This document shows positions 12,450 to 24,429 of a DNA stretch of 64,000 nucleotides, in pieces. Within the stretch, counting starts at the first letter, position 1, and each line of letters begins with the position of its first letter. Below the pieces are notes generated by a model, which worked only from the letters and a program-made list of their open reading frames with translations, was not told where the DNA came from and did not search any database. Location of the stretch: positions 136,214,001-136,278,000 of the forward strand of contig NC_135881.1 in NCBI RefSeq assembly GCF_964194155.1, given 5' to 3'. This DNA is from Cetorhinus maximus (lineage: Eukaryota). A program made the translations under genes and the position numbers.

Positions 12450-14200
12450 TAATGGGGGGCGGTGGGTGAGGAGGCGGCGAAAGAGAGCGAAGATCAAATG
12501 CGGACAAGAAATCGATAGTGTTCAAACTAAGGGATGTATTGTGAAGAAATCAAATATTTAAAGATAGAAATGCAAAGAAAAGAGTGGAAATGGGACCCGG
12601 AAGAGGGAAACCAGGTAGGCTAGAAAACAGGACGGGGAGGTCCCTACTAACAAAAAGTCAAAGAGAGAGGATGTTGTCGCCGGGTGGGGGAGAGAGGTGA
12701 GAAGAGAGGGGGTGGGGTGGGGCGCAGAGGCTGTTGTCGGGGGCGACCGCACAGGAACGTGTGAAAAATGGGGCACCTGTGGGTTCAGCAGATGGGCAAT
12801 AACCAAGGTCAGGCTGAGAAGCAGCGGGCAATGAGGGACATGTCCTGCCGTTCGCTTCCGACAATTTTTTCCCCCTTTTCCCAGCCTGTGACAGGGTCCA
12901 TCCGCCCCTCCCCAAACTCGGGATACAGAAAAGCAATTTAAGTCGATAGCTCAACCCTTCGCAACCCGTCTACCACCAGCTGAAAGAGAGGGTGTTTTTT
13001 TTTGGGAGGCAAAAGAAAAATCTGGCTGTGCATGGCGACAATCTCCCCTTTCTCTCCCCCCCTCCCCTTGGGTTTGATTTTGGACAGAGAAGGTGCCGCC
13101 AGCCTAGCCCAGTTCCCTCCGACGGGGAAAGCAGCCACCGCCCAAGCCTGCGAAACAATCCCGCTGCCTCCCGCCGCGAGCCGGGGATGGGGAGAGATTC
13201 CATGACTCACTGGGAGCTTGACACTTACCTGAGGGGCTGCCGATCTCCACAGACCGAGGTAGCGGCTGGCTCCTGGTCATGTGACCGCAGTATAGGGCGG
13301 AGGAGACAACACGTACAGAGCGAAATAAATAGCTCTCTCTAACCAAAAGGTGCTCCGTTCACTGTGACGGTGTCCACTGCCATTCGCACAAAGTGTTGAT
13401 GTTTCCACTTGGCGTTCAAGGGGCGGGGCTGCCGAGGCCCGGGGGGGGGGTTCGCGCGCGCGCGCCGCAGCGCCGTCTGCCGAGTGAGCATCACTTTGGA
13501 AACCTCAAACTCAGGCGAGTTGAGAATATTTTCCACTCGCCTCCGCTTTGCCGGCTACTGTTCATCGTGCGGTGGTGGTACTGGTTTCGATTTCATCCTG
13601 CAAAGTTACCATCGGAAAGGAGCAGGGACCATCAAACGTGAAACTATTCAGCTGGAGGAGCCTTCATTTCAGTGAGTTGGCCTCAGGGACCTGGCTCAGG
13701 TGGGCTGGAACCAAAGATTGGCTGAGAAATGAGAGCCTTTCAAAGAGGGAGTAATTCAGGTATAGACTAGGTGCATTTCTGCGAGGGTTTCTGTTCGGAC
13801 GCGCCTTCTTGTTAGCCGGTGGAGAGAGGGGATCCTAGTGAGGACTTGTATGTGAGTGTCCGCTGGCATATTGGGGATCTAGGCGCTGAGCAGTGTTGCA
13901 AGGAGCAGTTCTATCAGCCAGGCTTTTAATCCACTTCACAGACTCCCAGGCCGAGATGAATAAGTGGTTCACATTTATATCGGGAGTGGGATGTTGCCGC
14001 CCCTGTTGTATATTTTTTGAAGGGGCTGCCTTTCATCTTCTGGCTCTACTTCAGTTTCACGCTCCTGATCTTCGACCACCCGAAGCATAGAAGTGGGTGG
14101 GAGAGAGAGGAAAGGGGACGAGAGGGGGTGGTAGCAGCGAAGGGTGGAGAGGGGGGAGCGAGCTTCTCTGGGGGAAAAAGGTGGTGGTTACCCACTGGTC
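12450..14200. promoter_or_regulatory. CpG island / probable promoter
   Basis: Marked rise in GC and CpG. GC box ggggcggggc at ~13420, (CG)n at 13453-13465, near-palindromic E-box GGTCATGTGACC at 13275-13286, ATTGG at ~13717. Confidence 0.8.
13229..13330 (-). other. Putative first (non-coding) exon of the left-hand gene
   Basis: Consensus donor CAG|GTAAGT at 13229/13228 inside the CpG island, with an alternative CA|GTGAGT donor 18 nt further on. 5' boundary unknown. Confidence 0.5.
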
Positions 14201-14354
14201 TAGGTTGAACATGGCCGTGTGTTTGTACATTATGGCTGTGCCTGCTTCTCTTCAGCAGCCTCATTCACACCTGGAGGCACTGGAGAAGGAGTACATTTGA
14301 AGCCACCCGCAACCAGTAGGCACCACAGGAACTGGAGTGTTTTATGCATATGGG

Positions 14355-16332
14355 GAATAAAAATCTGGAATTAAAAGTCTAATGATCTCAATGAAACCAT
14401 TGTTGATTGTTGTAAACCTATCTGGTTCATTCATGTCCTTTCGGGAAGGAAATCTGGCCTACATGTGACTCCAGACCAATGTGGTTGACTCTTAAATGCC
14501 CTAACAAGCCACTCACTTGCTACAAAATCTCAAAAAAGAAACAATGAAACCAGACGGACCACCCGGCATTGACCCAGGCACTGGAAACGACAACAACAAT
14601 ATCGACCCTGCGAAGTCCTTCTTACGAACATCTGGGTACCAGTGCCAAAATTGGGAGAGCTGTGTCACAGACTAGTCAAGCAACAGCCTGACATAGTCAT
14701 CCTCGCGGAATCATATCTTACAGATTATATCCCAGTCTTCAACCAATTCGATTCACTCCACGTGATATCAAGAAACGGCTGAAGCCACTGGATACTGCAA
14801 AAGCGATGGGCCCTGACAATATTCCGGTAATAGTACTGTAGACTTGTCCTCCAGAAGTTGCCATGCCTCTAGCCAAGCTGTTCTAGTACAGCTATAACAC
14901 TGGCATCTACTTGGCTATGTGGAAAATTGCCCAGGTAAGTCCTCTACACAAAAAGCAGGACAACTCCAACCTGGCCAATTACCACCCCATCGGTCTACTC
15001 TCTGTCATCAATGGAAGGGGTCATCAACAGTGCTATCAACCCAAACTTGCTTAGCAATAACCTGCTCACTGGGGCCCAGTTTCGGTTCCGCCGGGACCAC
15101 TTGGCTCCTGACCTCATTGCAGCCTTGGTTCAAACACGGACAAAAGAGCTGAACTCCTGAGATGAGGTGAAAGTGACTGCCCTTGACATCAAGGCCACAT
15201 TTGACAGAGTGTGGCATGAAGGAGTCCTAGCGAAACTGGAGTCAATGGGAATCAGGGGGAAATCTCTCACAGGTTAGAGTCATACCTAGCACAAAGGGAG
15301 ATTGTGGTTGTTGGAGGTCAGTCATCTCAGCTCCAGGACATCACTGCAGAGTTCCTCAGGGTAGTGTCCTCGGCCCCACCATCTTCAGCTGCTTCATCAA
15401 TGGCTTTCCTTCCATCATAAAGGTCAGAAGTGGGGATGATCACTGATGATTGCACAATGTTCAGCACCATTCGCGACTCCTCAGATACTGAAGCATTCCA
15501 TTTCCAAATGCAGGAAGACCTGGACAATATCCAGGCGTAGGCTGACAAGTAGCAAGTAACATTTGTGCCACACAAATGTCAGGCAATAACTATCTCCAAC
15601 TAGAGAGAATCTAACCATTGCCGCTCGACGTTCAATAGCATTACCATCACTGAATCCCCCACCATCAACATCCTGGGGGTTACCATTGACTTGAAACTGA
15701 ACTGGACTAGCCATATAAATACAGTGGCTACAAGAGCAGGTCAGAGGCTAGGAATCCTGTGATGAATAACTCACCATCTGACTCCCCAAAGCCTGTCCAC
15801 CATCTACAAAGCCCAAGTCAGGAGTGTGATGGGACACTCTCCACTTGCCTGGATGAGTGCAGCTCCCACATCACTCAAGAAGCTTGACACCGTCCAGCAC
15901 AAAGCAACCCGCTTGATTGGCACCCCATCCACAAACATTCACTCCCTACCCAACTGATGAACAGTGGCAGCAGTGTGTACCATCTACAAGATGCACTGGA
16001 GGAAATCACCAAGGCTTCTTAGACAGCACCTTCCAAACCCACAACCACTACCATCTAGAAGGACAAGGGCAGCAGATAGATGGGAACACCCCCTGGACGT
16101 TGCCCCCCAAGTCTCTCTACATCCTGACTTGGAAATATGTTGCTGTTCCTTCACTGTTGCTGAGTCAAAACCCTGGAACTCCCTAACAGCACTGTGTGTG
16201 TACCTACATCACATGGACTGCAACGGTTCAAGAAGGCAGCTCACCACCACCTTTCCAAGGGCAACTAGGGATGGGCAATAAATACTGGCCCAGCCAGCAA
16301 CACCCACATCCTGTGAATGAATTAAAAAAAAA
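14355..16332 (+). mobile_element. Internally deleted copy of the tRNA-headed CR1-group LINE
   Basis: SINE-like body, then APE N-terminus (LTNIW..VPKLGEL.HRLVKQQPDIVILAESYL), then a jump at ~14735 to the RT region. Same 3' tail and poly(A). Confidence 0.85.
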
Positions 16333-16679
16333 CCCTGGTTTAAGATAGCTTTCTTCAACTAATCAATTAGAATATACAATCATGTTTGAGTTATTGGCAG
16401 TTGGATAGGACAGTCACATGAAACACAAACCACTTTGTATGTTTTAAGTATATGCTTTCTCTGCAGAACTGAACAAGCAACTGAGAAGCTAAGAGAGGTC
16501 CTTCCTGCTCTTCTCTCCACACAACTTGCAAGCTGTGGTGCCTGCCTGCTATTCTTGATTCTCTCTCCATGTGCAGCAGACAGAGCTTGTAAAGAAAGAA
16601 CTTAACTCCATAGTGTCCCAGCTGAATCTTTATATTCTTTTGAGTATACCAAAAAAATTAACTTGCTAATTTGTTAATT

Positions 16680-17185
16680 AGGTAAACAGTCCCTTAAAAG
16701 GGGCATGTAACAAAAATTGAAACTTTAAAAAGAAACAGTCCCTTAAAAGGGGCATGTAACAAAAATTAAAACTTTAAAAAGAAACATATTTAAAATAATA
16801 TTCCACGGGAGGTGATGCACTCCAGCACCTACAATGCCCATGGTCATGGAAGGCCTCAAGCGTACCGGTGGACATCGCATGCTCCCTCTCCAAGGCCACC
16901 CAGGCGTGGACATACTCACAGAAGAGAGGCAGAAAGTCGGGCTGAATGCTGACTCTCTTTATACTCTTTTAAGCAAAACAAAAATCAATAAATTAAAATA
17001 AAAATCAGAGGGGGTGACAGCCCTTGTTGGCGCACTGTAACTAAAACAAAAACATGAAAGGAAACTCACAAAATCAAATCAAAATGTCATCACTGGGGTT
17101 GATGATGTATCCAGCCCCCGTGGTGCCCAGTGTGGACACTGCGTACTCCCTCTCCAGGGCAACCCAGCCACGAACATAGCTGCAG
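16680..17185 (-). mobile_element. Tx1/L1-clade LINE 3' fragments (two pieces)
   Basis: Minus-strand translation resembles the Tx1 ORF2 end (LPLF..YV.A.V.LEREHA.ST), followed by a T-rich 3'UTR. Confidence 0.6.
16684..16781. repeat. 49-bp tandem duplication
   Basis: aaacagtcccttaaaaggggcatgtaacaaaaatt(g/a)aaactttaaaaag x2, 1 mismatch. Confidence 0.95.
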
Positions 17186-17259
17186 TCTGACTATCTCTCT
17201 ATATATGTGATCTCAGTCCTTAAATCAAACATTTAACAACATAATCAACAAACCATGAA

Positions 17260-18090
17260 CACTTGCTAGGCCATTTCAGAGAGGAGTTAAAAGTCAACCA
17301 CATGGCTGTGGGCCTGGAGTCACTTATAGGTCAGACTAGGTACATCCTGCCCTGCCTTCCTGTATGTGTCAGAGACATGGCCAACGAACAGTAGACACCT
17401 TAAATTCCTGGAGAAATTATCACCAGCGATGTCTCCGCAAAATCCTGCAAATTCAATGGCAGGATAGGCGCTCCAATATCATATCCTCTCTCAGGCCAAC
17501 ATCCCCAGTATCGAGGCACTGGTTATTGTTAATCAGCTACGTTGGGCAGGCCACATCGTCTGCATGCCTGACACAAGACTCCCAAAATAAGCTCTCTAAT
17601 CCGAAATTCATCACATCAAGGGGTTATCAGAAGGGCAGAGGAAACATTTCAGGGACGTTGTCAAAGTCTCCCTGAAAAAAAGCAACATCCCCACCGATTT
17701 GTGAGAATCTCTTGCTCGAGACCACCCAAACAAGGTGCCAACCATTTTGAACATCTCCAATAGACCCAGGTGGAGGCCAAGCGCAAACAGTGGAAGGAGC
17801 GTACCAAACTCCAAGCATCTCACCCATCCACCTCATCAAACACTACCTGTCAAACCTGTGGCAGAGTGTGCAGATCCAGCATTGGACTTTTTCGTCGCTT
17901 CAGGACCCACAACCCTGATGTGGACAAAAGTCATCCTCGGTCCCAAGGGACTACCTAAGAAGAAGAAGAGACCACGTAAGGATAGCAGATTTCCTTCCCT
18001 AAAGGACATTAGTGAACCAGGTGGGTTTTTAATGACAATCGATGAAAGTTATCATGGTCACCATTATTGAGACCAGCTTTAAATTCCATA
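17260..18090 (-). mobile_element. Head/body fragment of the tRNA-headed LINE/SINE family, split by an RTE insertion
   Basis: Body sequence stops at 17342 and resumes at 17969. Confidence 0.7.
17343..17968 (+). mobile_element. 5'-truncated RTE-clade LINE
   Basis: HQRCLRKILQIQWQDR and QLRWAGHIVCMPDTRLPK motifs, C-terminal C..CGRVC.S.IGL...RTH, (AAG)n tail, TSD agactaggta/agaccacgta. Confidence 0.85.
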
Positions 18091-18094
18091 TTAG

Positions 18095-18600
18095 TATTCC
18101 TAACTCACATCAAATGCCATTCACCTATTATCCCTATGCTTGCTGATCTATACTGGCTCCTGGTTAAACAGTGCTTCGATTTTAAAATTTTCATGCTTGT
18201 TTTTAAATGGCCTAATGTTACACAGATCCAAGCCAGTTGGTGAAGTCAAAACTAAGACAAGCAAGTCTTTCCTTGCAGAGAGAGAGAGAGAGAGAGTTTA
18301 TTGACTTAGTACAGAATCAATCATTTTCCACCCCCCAGTGTCCCAGCTATCCCCATTTATCGGTGTACAAATACCCATCACTTGTTTAACAACGTAATTG
18401 CAATTAAACCTTAACAATGTAATTGCTAATAATATTGACACCTGGCCATTCCTTATCTCTGTAATTGCCTTCAGCCCTACAACTATTGAAGAATTCTGTG
18501 CTCCTCTGAATCCCACATCTTAAGCGTCCCTAATGTAATCAGTCCAGTGGTCAATTCTTCAACTTTCTAGGCCCAGTGCACTGGAATTCCCTCCCTTCTT
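18095..18600 (+). mobile_element. L2 3' fragments with an intervening (GA)n repeat
   Basis: PMLADLYWLLVKQCFDFKIFMLVFK is the L2 C-terminal motif. Confidence 0.65.
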
Positions 18601-19267
18601 TGCAACTGAAGTAGGTCTGTTTTGATTGTCAATTTAATTCCAATGGAGTTTCTGTTAAAGAACAAATTTTGTAGGATTTCCACTCAGATCTGACAAGTTC
18701 AATAAATTCCATGCAGCTTTTCAGATATGCTAAGGAATAGAGGATATAAAAAAGTTAGATATATTTCAGACTCAGATAAATTAGAGCAAAATTTGTCCAG
18801 GGACAAAGAATTAAAATTGTATTGAATTGCTTGTGGAAATTAATACAGATGCAATTCATTTCATGTATATATTAAAACACAATCATCCTTGAATGCTTGT
18901 TGGTGATTCTGTAATTCTTGGAATGTTCTTTGAATCATTACAATGATTTTCTCATGTGTGAAATTGCTTACTATGAAAAATTTGAGACTATATACCCAAA
19001 CTGGAACTGTTTTTCAGGCTTAAGACTATAATGACTTGGAGCAGAGCTTTACGTACTTGTAAATCAACACCTCTTCTGTTAACTTTGTACTGAAATTTCA
19101 AATGAAGTCTTTGAAAAGGTGTTAATATTTTTGCTACTAATGCTGCACAGAGCAAACCTCTCCCTTTAAAGTGCTTAGGAAAGCTTTTAGCTGATTATCT
19201 GCAAAAACAAAGCTAGCTTCCTATTCCTAATCTGCCATTGATAGAATTTGACTATTTTACCAAATAC

Positions 19268-19291
19268 ATAAATAAATAAATAAATAAATAA
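19268..19291. repeat. (TAAA)n microsatellite
   Basis: Directly visible. Confidence 0.9.
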
Positions 19292-19919
19292 CATTTTAGT
19301 GAGAGTAAGCAGTTGTAATGTCAAATACCCAGTTTTGTTTGATATGGGAACTACAATCCAATGGTCTAGATGCCATTTTAGGATGATGAATATGGGATTT
19401 TTTCCTCCCTGTGCTAAGATATTACAGGATGTGAAAAGCCCATACTTTCCACATCAGTAATACTAACAACTGGTCCACAATTGCCTTGTTCTGAAAATAC
19501 ATCAGCAAATTGGTCTACAAAAACAATTTATGACTGGGACGCTTTCATGAGGGAGCCTAATAAGGCCACTTAAACAATATTTCTTTCTATCAGAAAATAA
19601 CTCAAGCCATTACTGACATGTTAAAGACTGAAAGAGGGCTTTTTATAAAAAGTCATTTAATTAATACAGCCTAGTTAGTACACCAATAGTATCAGATCTA
19701 ACGTCTTTCTTACCAATTCTTTCCAGGTTCCCTCTAGTGATTGTACAATTATTAAGCAATCTATCATATATTCATGGATTGAAATGTCACAGTTTTGTTG
19801 GCGAAGAGGGCACATTTAAACATGCTTGATCAGAACTCAACAGAATAAGAATAAATATCAACAGTATTATGCTTTGTGTGAAATGTCTTTGTGTATATAT
19901 CTTAAAAGATACTTTGCTT

Positions 19920-22900
19920 TACAGGAATATAAGAACAGGAGAAGGCCATTTTGCCTCTTGCACCTGCCCCATCGTTCAATAAGATCATGGTTGATTGTTA
20001 TCCTAACACCATTTACCTACCTTCACTCCATATCCCTTAATATCTTCAGATGTAAAAAAAACTATTGATCTCTGATTTATAATTATTTTATCAGCTAGTA
20101 TTTACTGGTTTTTGTGAGAGAGATAGCCACACTTCTAACATCCTTTCCATGAAGAAGCTTTTCCTAATGTGTCTCTTGAATGGCCTGGCCTTGAATTTAA
20201 GGTTATGTCTCCTTGTCGTAGCTTTAATTTTAGCTAACAGTCTCTCAAATCCTTATTGAATGTCTTTTGGAAGTCCATATATACTACATCCCTAGACATT
20301 TGACTGTCTATTACTTTAATTACTTTCCTAAAAAATGAATTAAGTTCTTTAGACATGGCCTACCCTTATACCAATCAATGTTAGCTTTTTCTAATCAGCT
20401 TAAATTTGTTACTCTGTCCTTAATTATAGGTTTGAATACAGTAACTTCCCTGCTGGATGGCTGGAGTCACACCAAGCACAAAGGAAAATGATTGTTGGAG
20501 GTCAATCAACTCGGCCAGGCAATCACGGCAGAAGTTCCTCAGGGCAGTGTCCTAGGCCTAAGCATCTCCAACTGCTTCATCAATGACCTTACCTCTATCA
20601 TACAGTCAAAAGTGCAGGTATTCGCTGATGAGTCCACAGTACTTAGCTGCATTTGCAAATCCCCAGATAATGAAGTAGCCTGTGCACGTATGCAGCAAAA
20701 CTTGAACAAAACCTTCAGACTTGGGCTGATAAGTGGCAAGTACCATTCACATCACACAAATGCCAGGCTCACTTTTCTTAAATACTGGAGTTACATTTGT
20801 AAATTTCTAATATAAAGGAACAATTTCTGAACCAGAAGAGCTTTCAGAAATTATGGCTAAAGCATCTGCAGTTTCCTCATTTACTTTTTTTAAAGCTTCG
20901 GAGTGGAAACCATCAGATTCTGGGATTTCTCAGTCTTAGTGCCGTTATGTTTTTTAATACTGTTTCCTTGCTTATGTTAATTTTAATGAGTTCCAGTCCT
21001 TGATTTATTATTAATGGTTTCATTGGAATGTCAGGTATATTATCCTCTTCCTCTACTGTAAAAACTGATATAGTGTAGTTATTCATAAAGTTTGCCATTT
21101 CCTTATTTTCATTTGCAGTACTACCCCCTCTGTATTAAAGGGCTCCTTTTATCCTTGATTACTCTTTTTTTAATGTAAATGTAAAAGCTTTTTGTGTTAA
21201 TCTTGATATCCCTTGCAAGTTTCTTTTTATATTCCAAAGTCTTCCTTTGCAAGTTCAGGGGGGCAACTTAGGGAAGCTTGACTTGTAGGGAAAAGGTGGA
21301 TGTAATAGATGCAACTGAATGGATTTTTGCAATCTTAATGACAAAGATATCCATCAGCTCCTTGCACTTATGGTTGTAGGTAATGGTGCAGTGGGCTGCA
21401 GAGAAGACTTTCAGCAGATGATTGCCAGTGGAAAAAATCCAGGAATTATCCTTTGCATTTCAGAATGATTCTGAAATCATGAGTTGTTTTGGCAGAGGTG
21501 AGCAGAGCCCAGTAGTAGTTGATGTAATCCAGTCGGTTCTGGAGATGAATGATTAAATGTGCATCATATAGGTTCAAATCTGCACTACCAGTTCTTTACT
21601 GGAGACCAAGACATCAAGGACAGAGGTGAGCATGTGATTGAGTCATTTGCTAGCTGTAGAAGTATTGTGGTAAACAGAGGCTAAATGCTAGACTATTGAG
21701 AGTTTGTAAGTACCATTGTAAATTACTTGGGAGAGAGTGATTTTCAGGGGTGGAAGGAGAATATGAGTGGCGAGGGATGCCATAGAAGTGATTAGAGATG
21801 ATCTTGTCTGTGACTGAGTTGCTAGGAACGGAGAAATGACAAGGTTGAGGGAGTAGTCATGAAAATAGGTTGGAGTTTATATGGAGGGTAAGGTTAAGGG
21901 AGGACAAGAGGGCAAGGAGATTTGAGATAGAGGTTGAAATTGCCAAAGAAACCAAAAAAATAATAGCTATCAGCGTGGATTTCAAAAGGATTTCATGCTT
22001 GATCAACTGTATTGAATTATTTGAAGAAGTCACAGAGAGAGTAGACAAGGGTGATACAGTACATGTAATGTATTTGGATTTTCAAAAGGCCTTTGATAGG
22101 TACCACAGAGTGAACTCAAAATTAAGGTCAGAGCATATGGAGCCAAGGGTCATGTGAGCAGCACAGACAGCAAGCTGGCTACAAAATAGAAAACAGGGAA
22201 TAGGGTTTAAGGACAGCTACTCAGACTGGTAGGAGGGAAGTGGTGTTCCACTGGCATTGGTGTTGTAACCACTGTTGCTCACAATTTAATGATTCGGACT
22301 CAGGATTCAGAAGTACAATTTCAAAACGTATGGATAACAGCAAATTGTGAAGTTTAGTTAATACAAGTGAGGAACGTGACAAAATAAAATATGACATTAA
22401 GCTTGCAGAATGGCAAATAACTTTGAAAATAGGTAAGTGTGATGGTGTATTTGGAAGGAAGAATAAGGAGGTCACATACTTCTTGAATGATGAGAGTCTG
22501 GATGGGGTAGAGGAGCAAAGGGATCATGGGACACATAAAAAAAACACTAAAAGCAGTGACACCAATAAGACCATCAAAAACTAAACCAAGGTTCGTTCAT
22601 TCCTGGAGGGATATAACTGAAAAGCAGAGAAGTATGTTAAACTTGTATCAAACTTTGGTTCCCCACACTTGGAATTGGCATTGGGGATGGTGCAAAAAAA
22701 AAGATTCACAAGGATGATACCAGAACAGAGAGGAAAGATTGAAGAGCTTGTTGCTGTTTTCTCTGGAAAAAGAGAAGGCTGAGGGATGATCTGATTGAAG
22801 TCTTTAAAAAAGAAAAGGTTTGATGGGCTAAATGTGAAGAAAATGTTTCCATTTGTGGGGAATCCAAAACTAAAGAGTGTAACTAATAAATCCAATAGGG

Positions 22901-24330
22901 GATCCAGGAGAATTTTTTAAATGCAGAAAGTGGTAAGAATGTGGAATTCACTGCCACATGTAATAACTGAGGCAAATAGCATAGATGCATTTAAGTGAAA
23001 GGAATAGAAAGATGTGCTAATAGGATAAGATGTAGAGTGGGAGGAGGCTCAAGTGGAACATAAAAGCCAGCACAGACCGGTTGGTCATAATGATCTGTTT
23101 GTGTGCTGTATACTTGAGGTAGCTTGATGATGCTGTTCTTTATATCTTTTCCAACCCCCTGGACCAACATTATTCTTTGCACTTTTGTATGCTCTTTCCT
23201 TTAGTTTTTTGCTATCTTTCACATTTTCATCAACCATGTTGTTTTATTTGGTAATTGGAGCTCTTGATCCTTCAGGGTATATACTGGCCCTGAATTAAGC
23301 TGAATTAATTTTTGAACACCCCCCAGTAACAGTTTAGGTAGTTTGCTGTCATCAGTCTCTGTCTAATCCTATTAAAGGTGGTGTGATGATTATATATTAC
23401 AGATCACTCAGGGAGTCCAAGCTGCTATGGCAACGTGCACTTTTACATACATGTTGTAGTCTGGAGTTTTTTGAATAGTGATAGTAGAGGCTCCAACACA
23501 CTTTCTTTAGCCATCAATTCCTGGGGTGGGACTCGAGCCTGGAGCTTATGGCTCAGAGACAGGGACACTACCCACTGTGCCACAAAATCTCCCCCATTAA
23601 AAGTAGCCTTACCAAATTCTAGAATTTTAGTAACAGTGTTAGCTTTCATACATAAGAACATATATAAGAAATAGGAATAGGAGTAGACCATTTGGCCCCT
23701 CGAGCCTTTCTCCTTTTCAAACCTAACATTGAATTTTATCATATTATGATCACTGTTAGCTAAATATTTCTTTACTGTTAGGTTTTTAACCAAGTCTGTC
23801 ACATTACTCATTACTAAGCCTAGTATGTCCTACCCGCTTGTTGAATTTTGAATGTACAAAATAAATTCTCTGCCTTCTGAGTTGAGCTACTCTGTTCTTC
23901 CCGATCTATATAAAAATTAAATTCTCCCCTTTTAAATCAGCTCTTTTTTTCCTCAAGCCTCTCCGATCTCTAAATTAATACATTCCACCACTTCATTTCT
24001 GCTATCAGGAAACCTTTGGACAACATCCATTACAGTTTTAAGTTGTCTTTTATTCCTCAATTTTAACTGATTGTTTTTCCTTACCTTTATCTTCTCTTAC
24101 TAATGTTGTAATAGTATATTTAACCAATGTGACTCCCCTTCCTCCTCTTCTAGTGTCTATAGCCTTTCTAAATATCATGTAAGCTGGAATATTGAACAAC
24201 CACTCATGATAAAATTGCAGCCCTATCCCAGTAATGGCCACCATATCTCACTCTCAAAGCTGTAACTGAGCCTTTAATTCACTCATTCTATTTCATATAC
24301 TCCATGCATTAGTATATAAAAACTTCAGCT
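19920..24330. mobile_element. Patchwork of old LINE fragments: CR1 (- 19920-21235; + 21950-23110; - 23120-24330), tRNA-headed LINE piece (+ 20450-20770) and L2 (- ~21240-21950)
   Basis: CR1 motifs (YLDFQKAFD, SDHNMIKF, LFNIPAY.IFRK), a VPQGSVLG...FADE RT piece and L2 linker similarity. Confidence 0.7.
23440..23595 (-). mobile_element. tRNA-derived SINE head
   Basis: A box TGGCACAGTGG and B box GGCTCGAGTCC on the minus strand. Confidence 0.65.
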
Positions 24331-24429
24331 TGGGCAAGCGACTCCAGCCTGTCCTTCTACTTTGATATTATCTTTCTCACACCAGATAGGTAACACATAC
24401 TTCAGGACTCTTGATTGTGGCTACAAGAA

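Noticed and set aside
12558-14300. Many overlapping ORFs in the CpG island
   Set aside because: Expected from high GC content; no recognisable domains
16684-16781. CRISPR-like repeat array (also 44795-45058)
   Set aside because: Only two adjacent copies without spacers, in a vertebrate context
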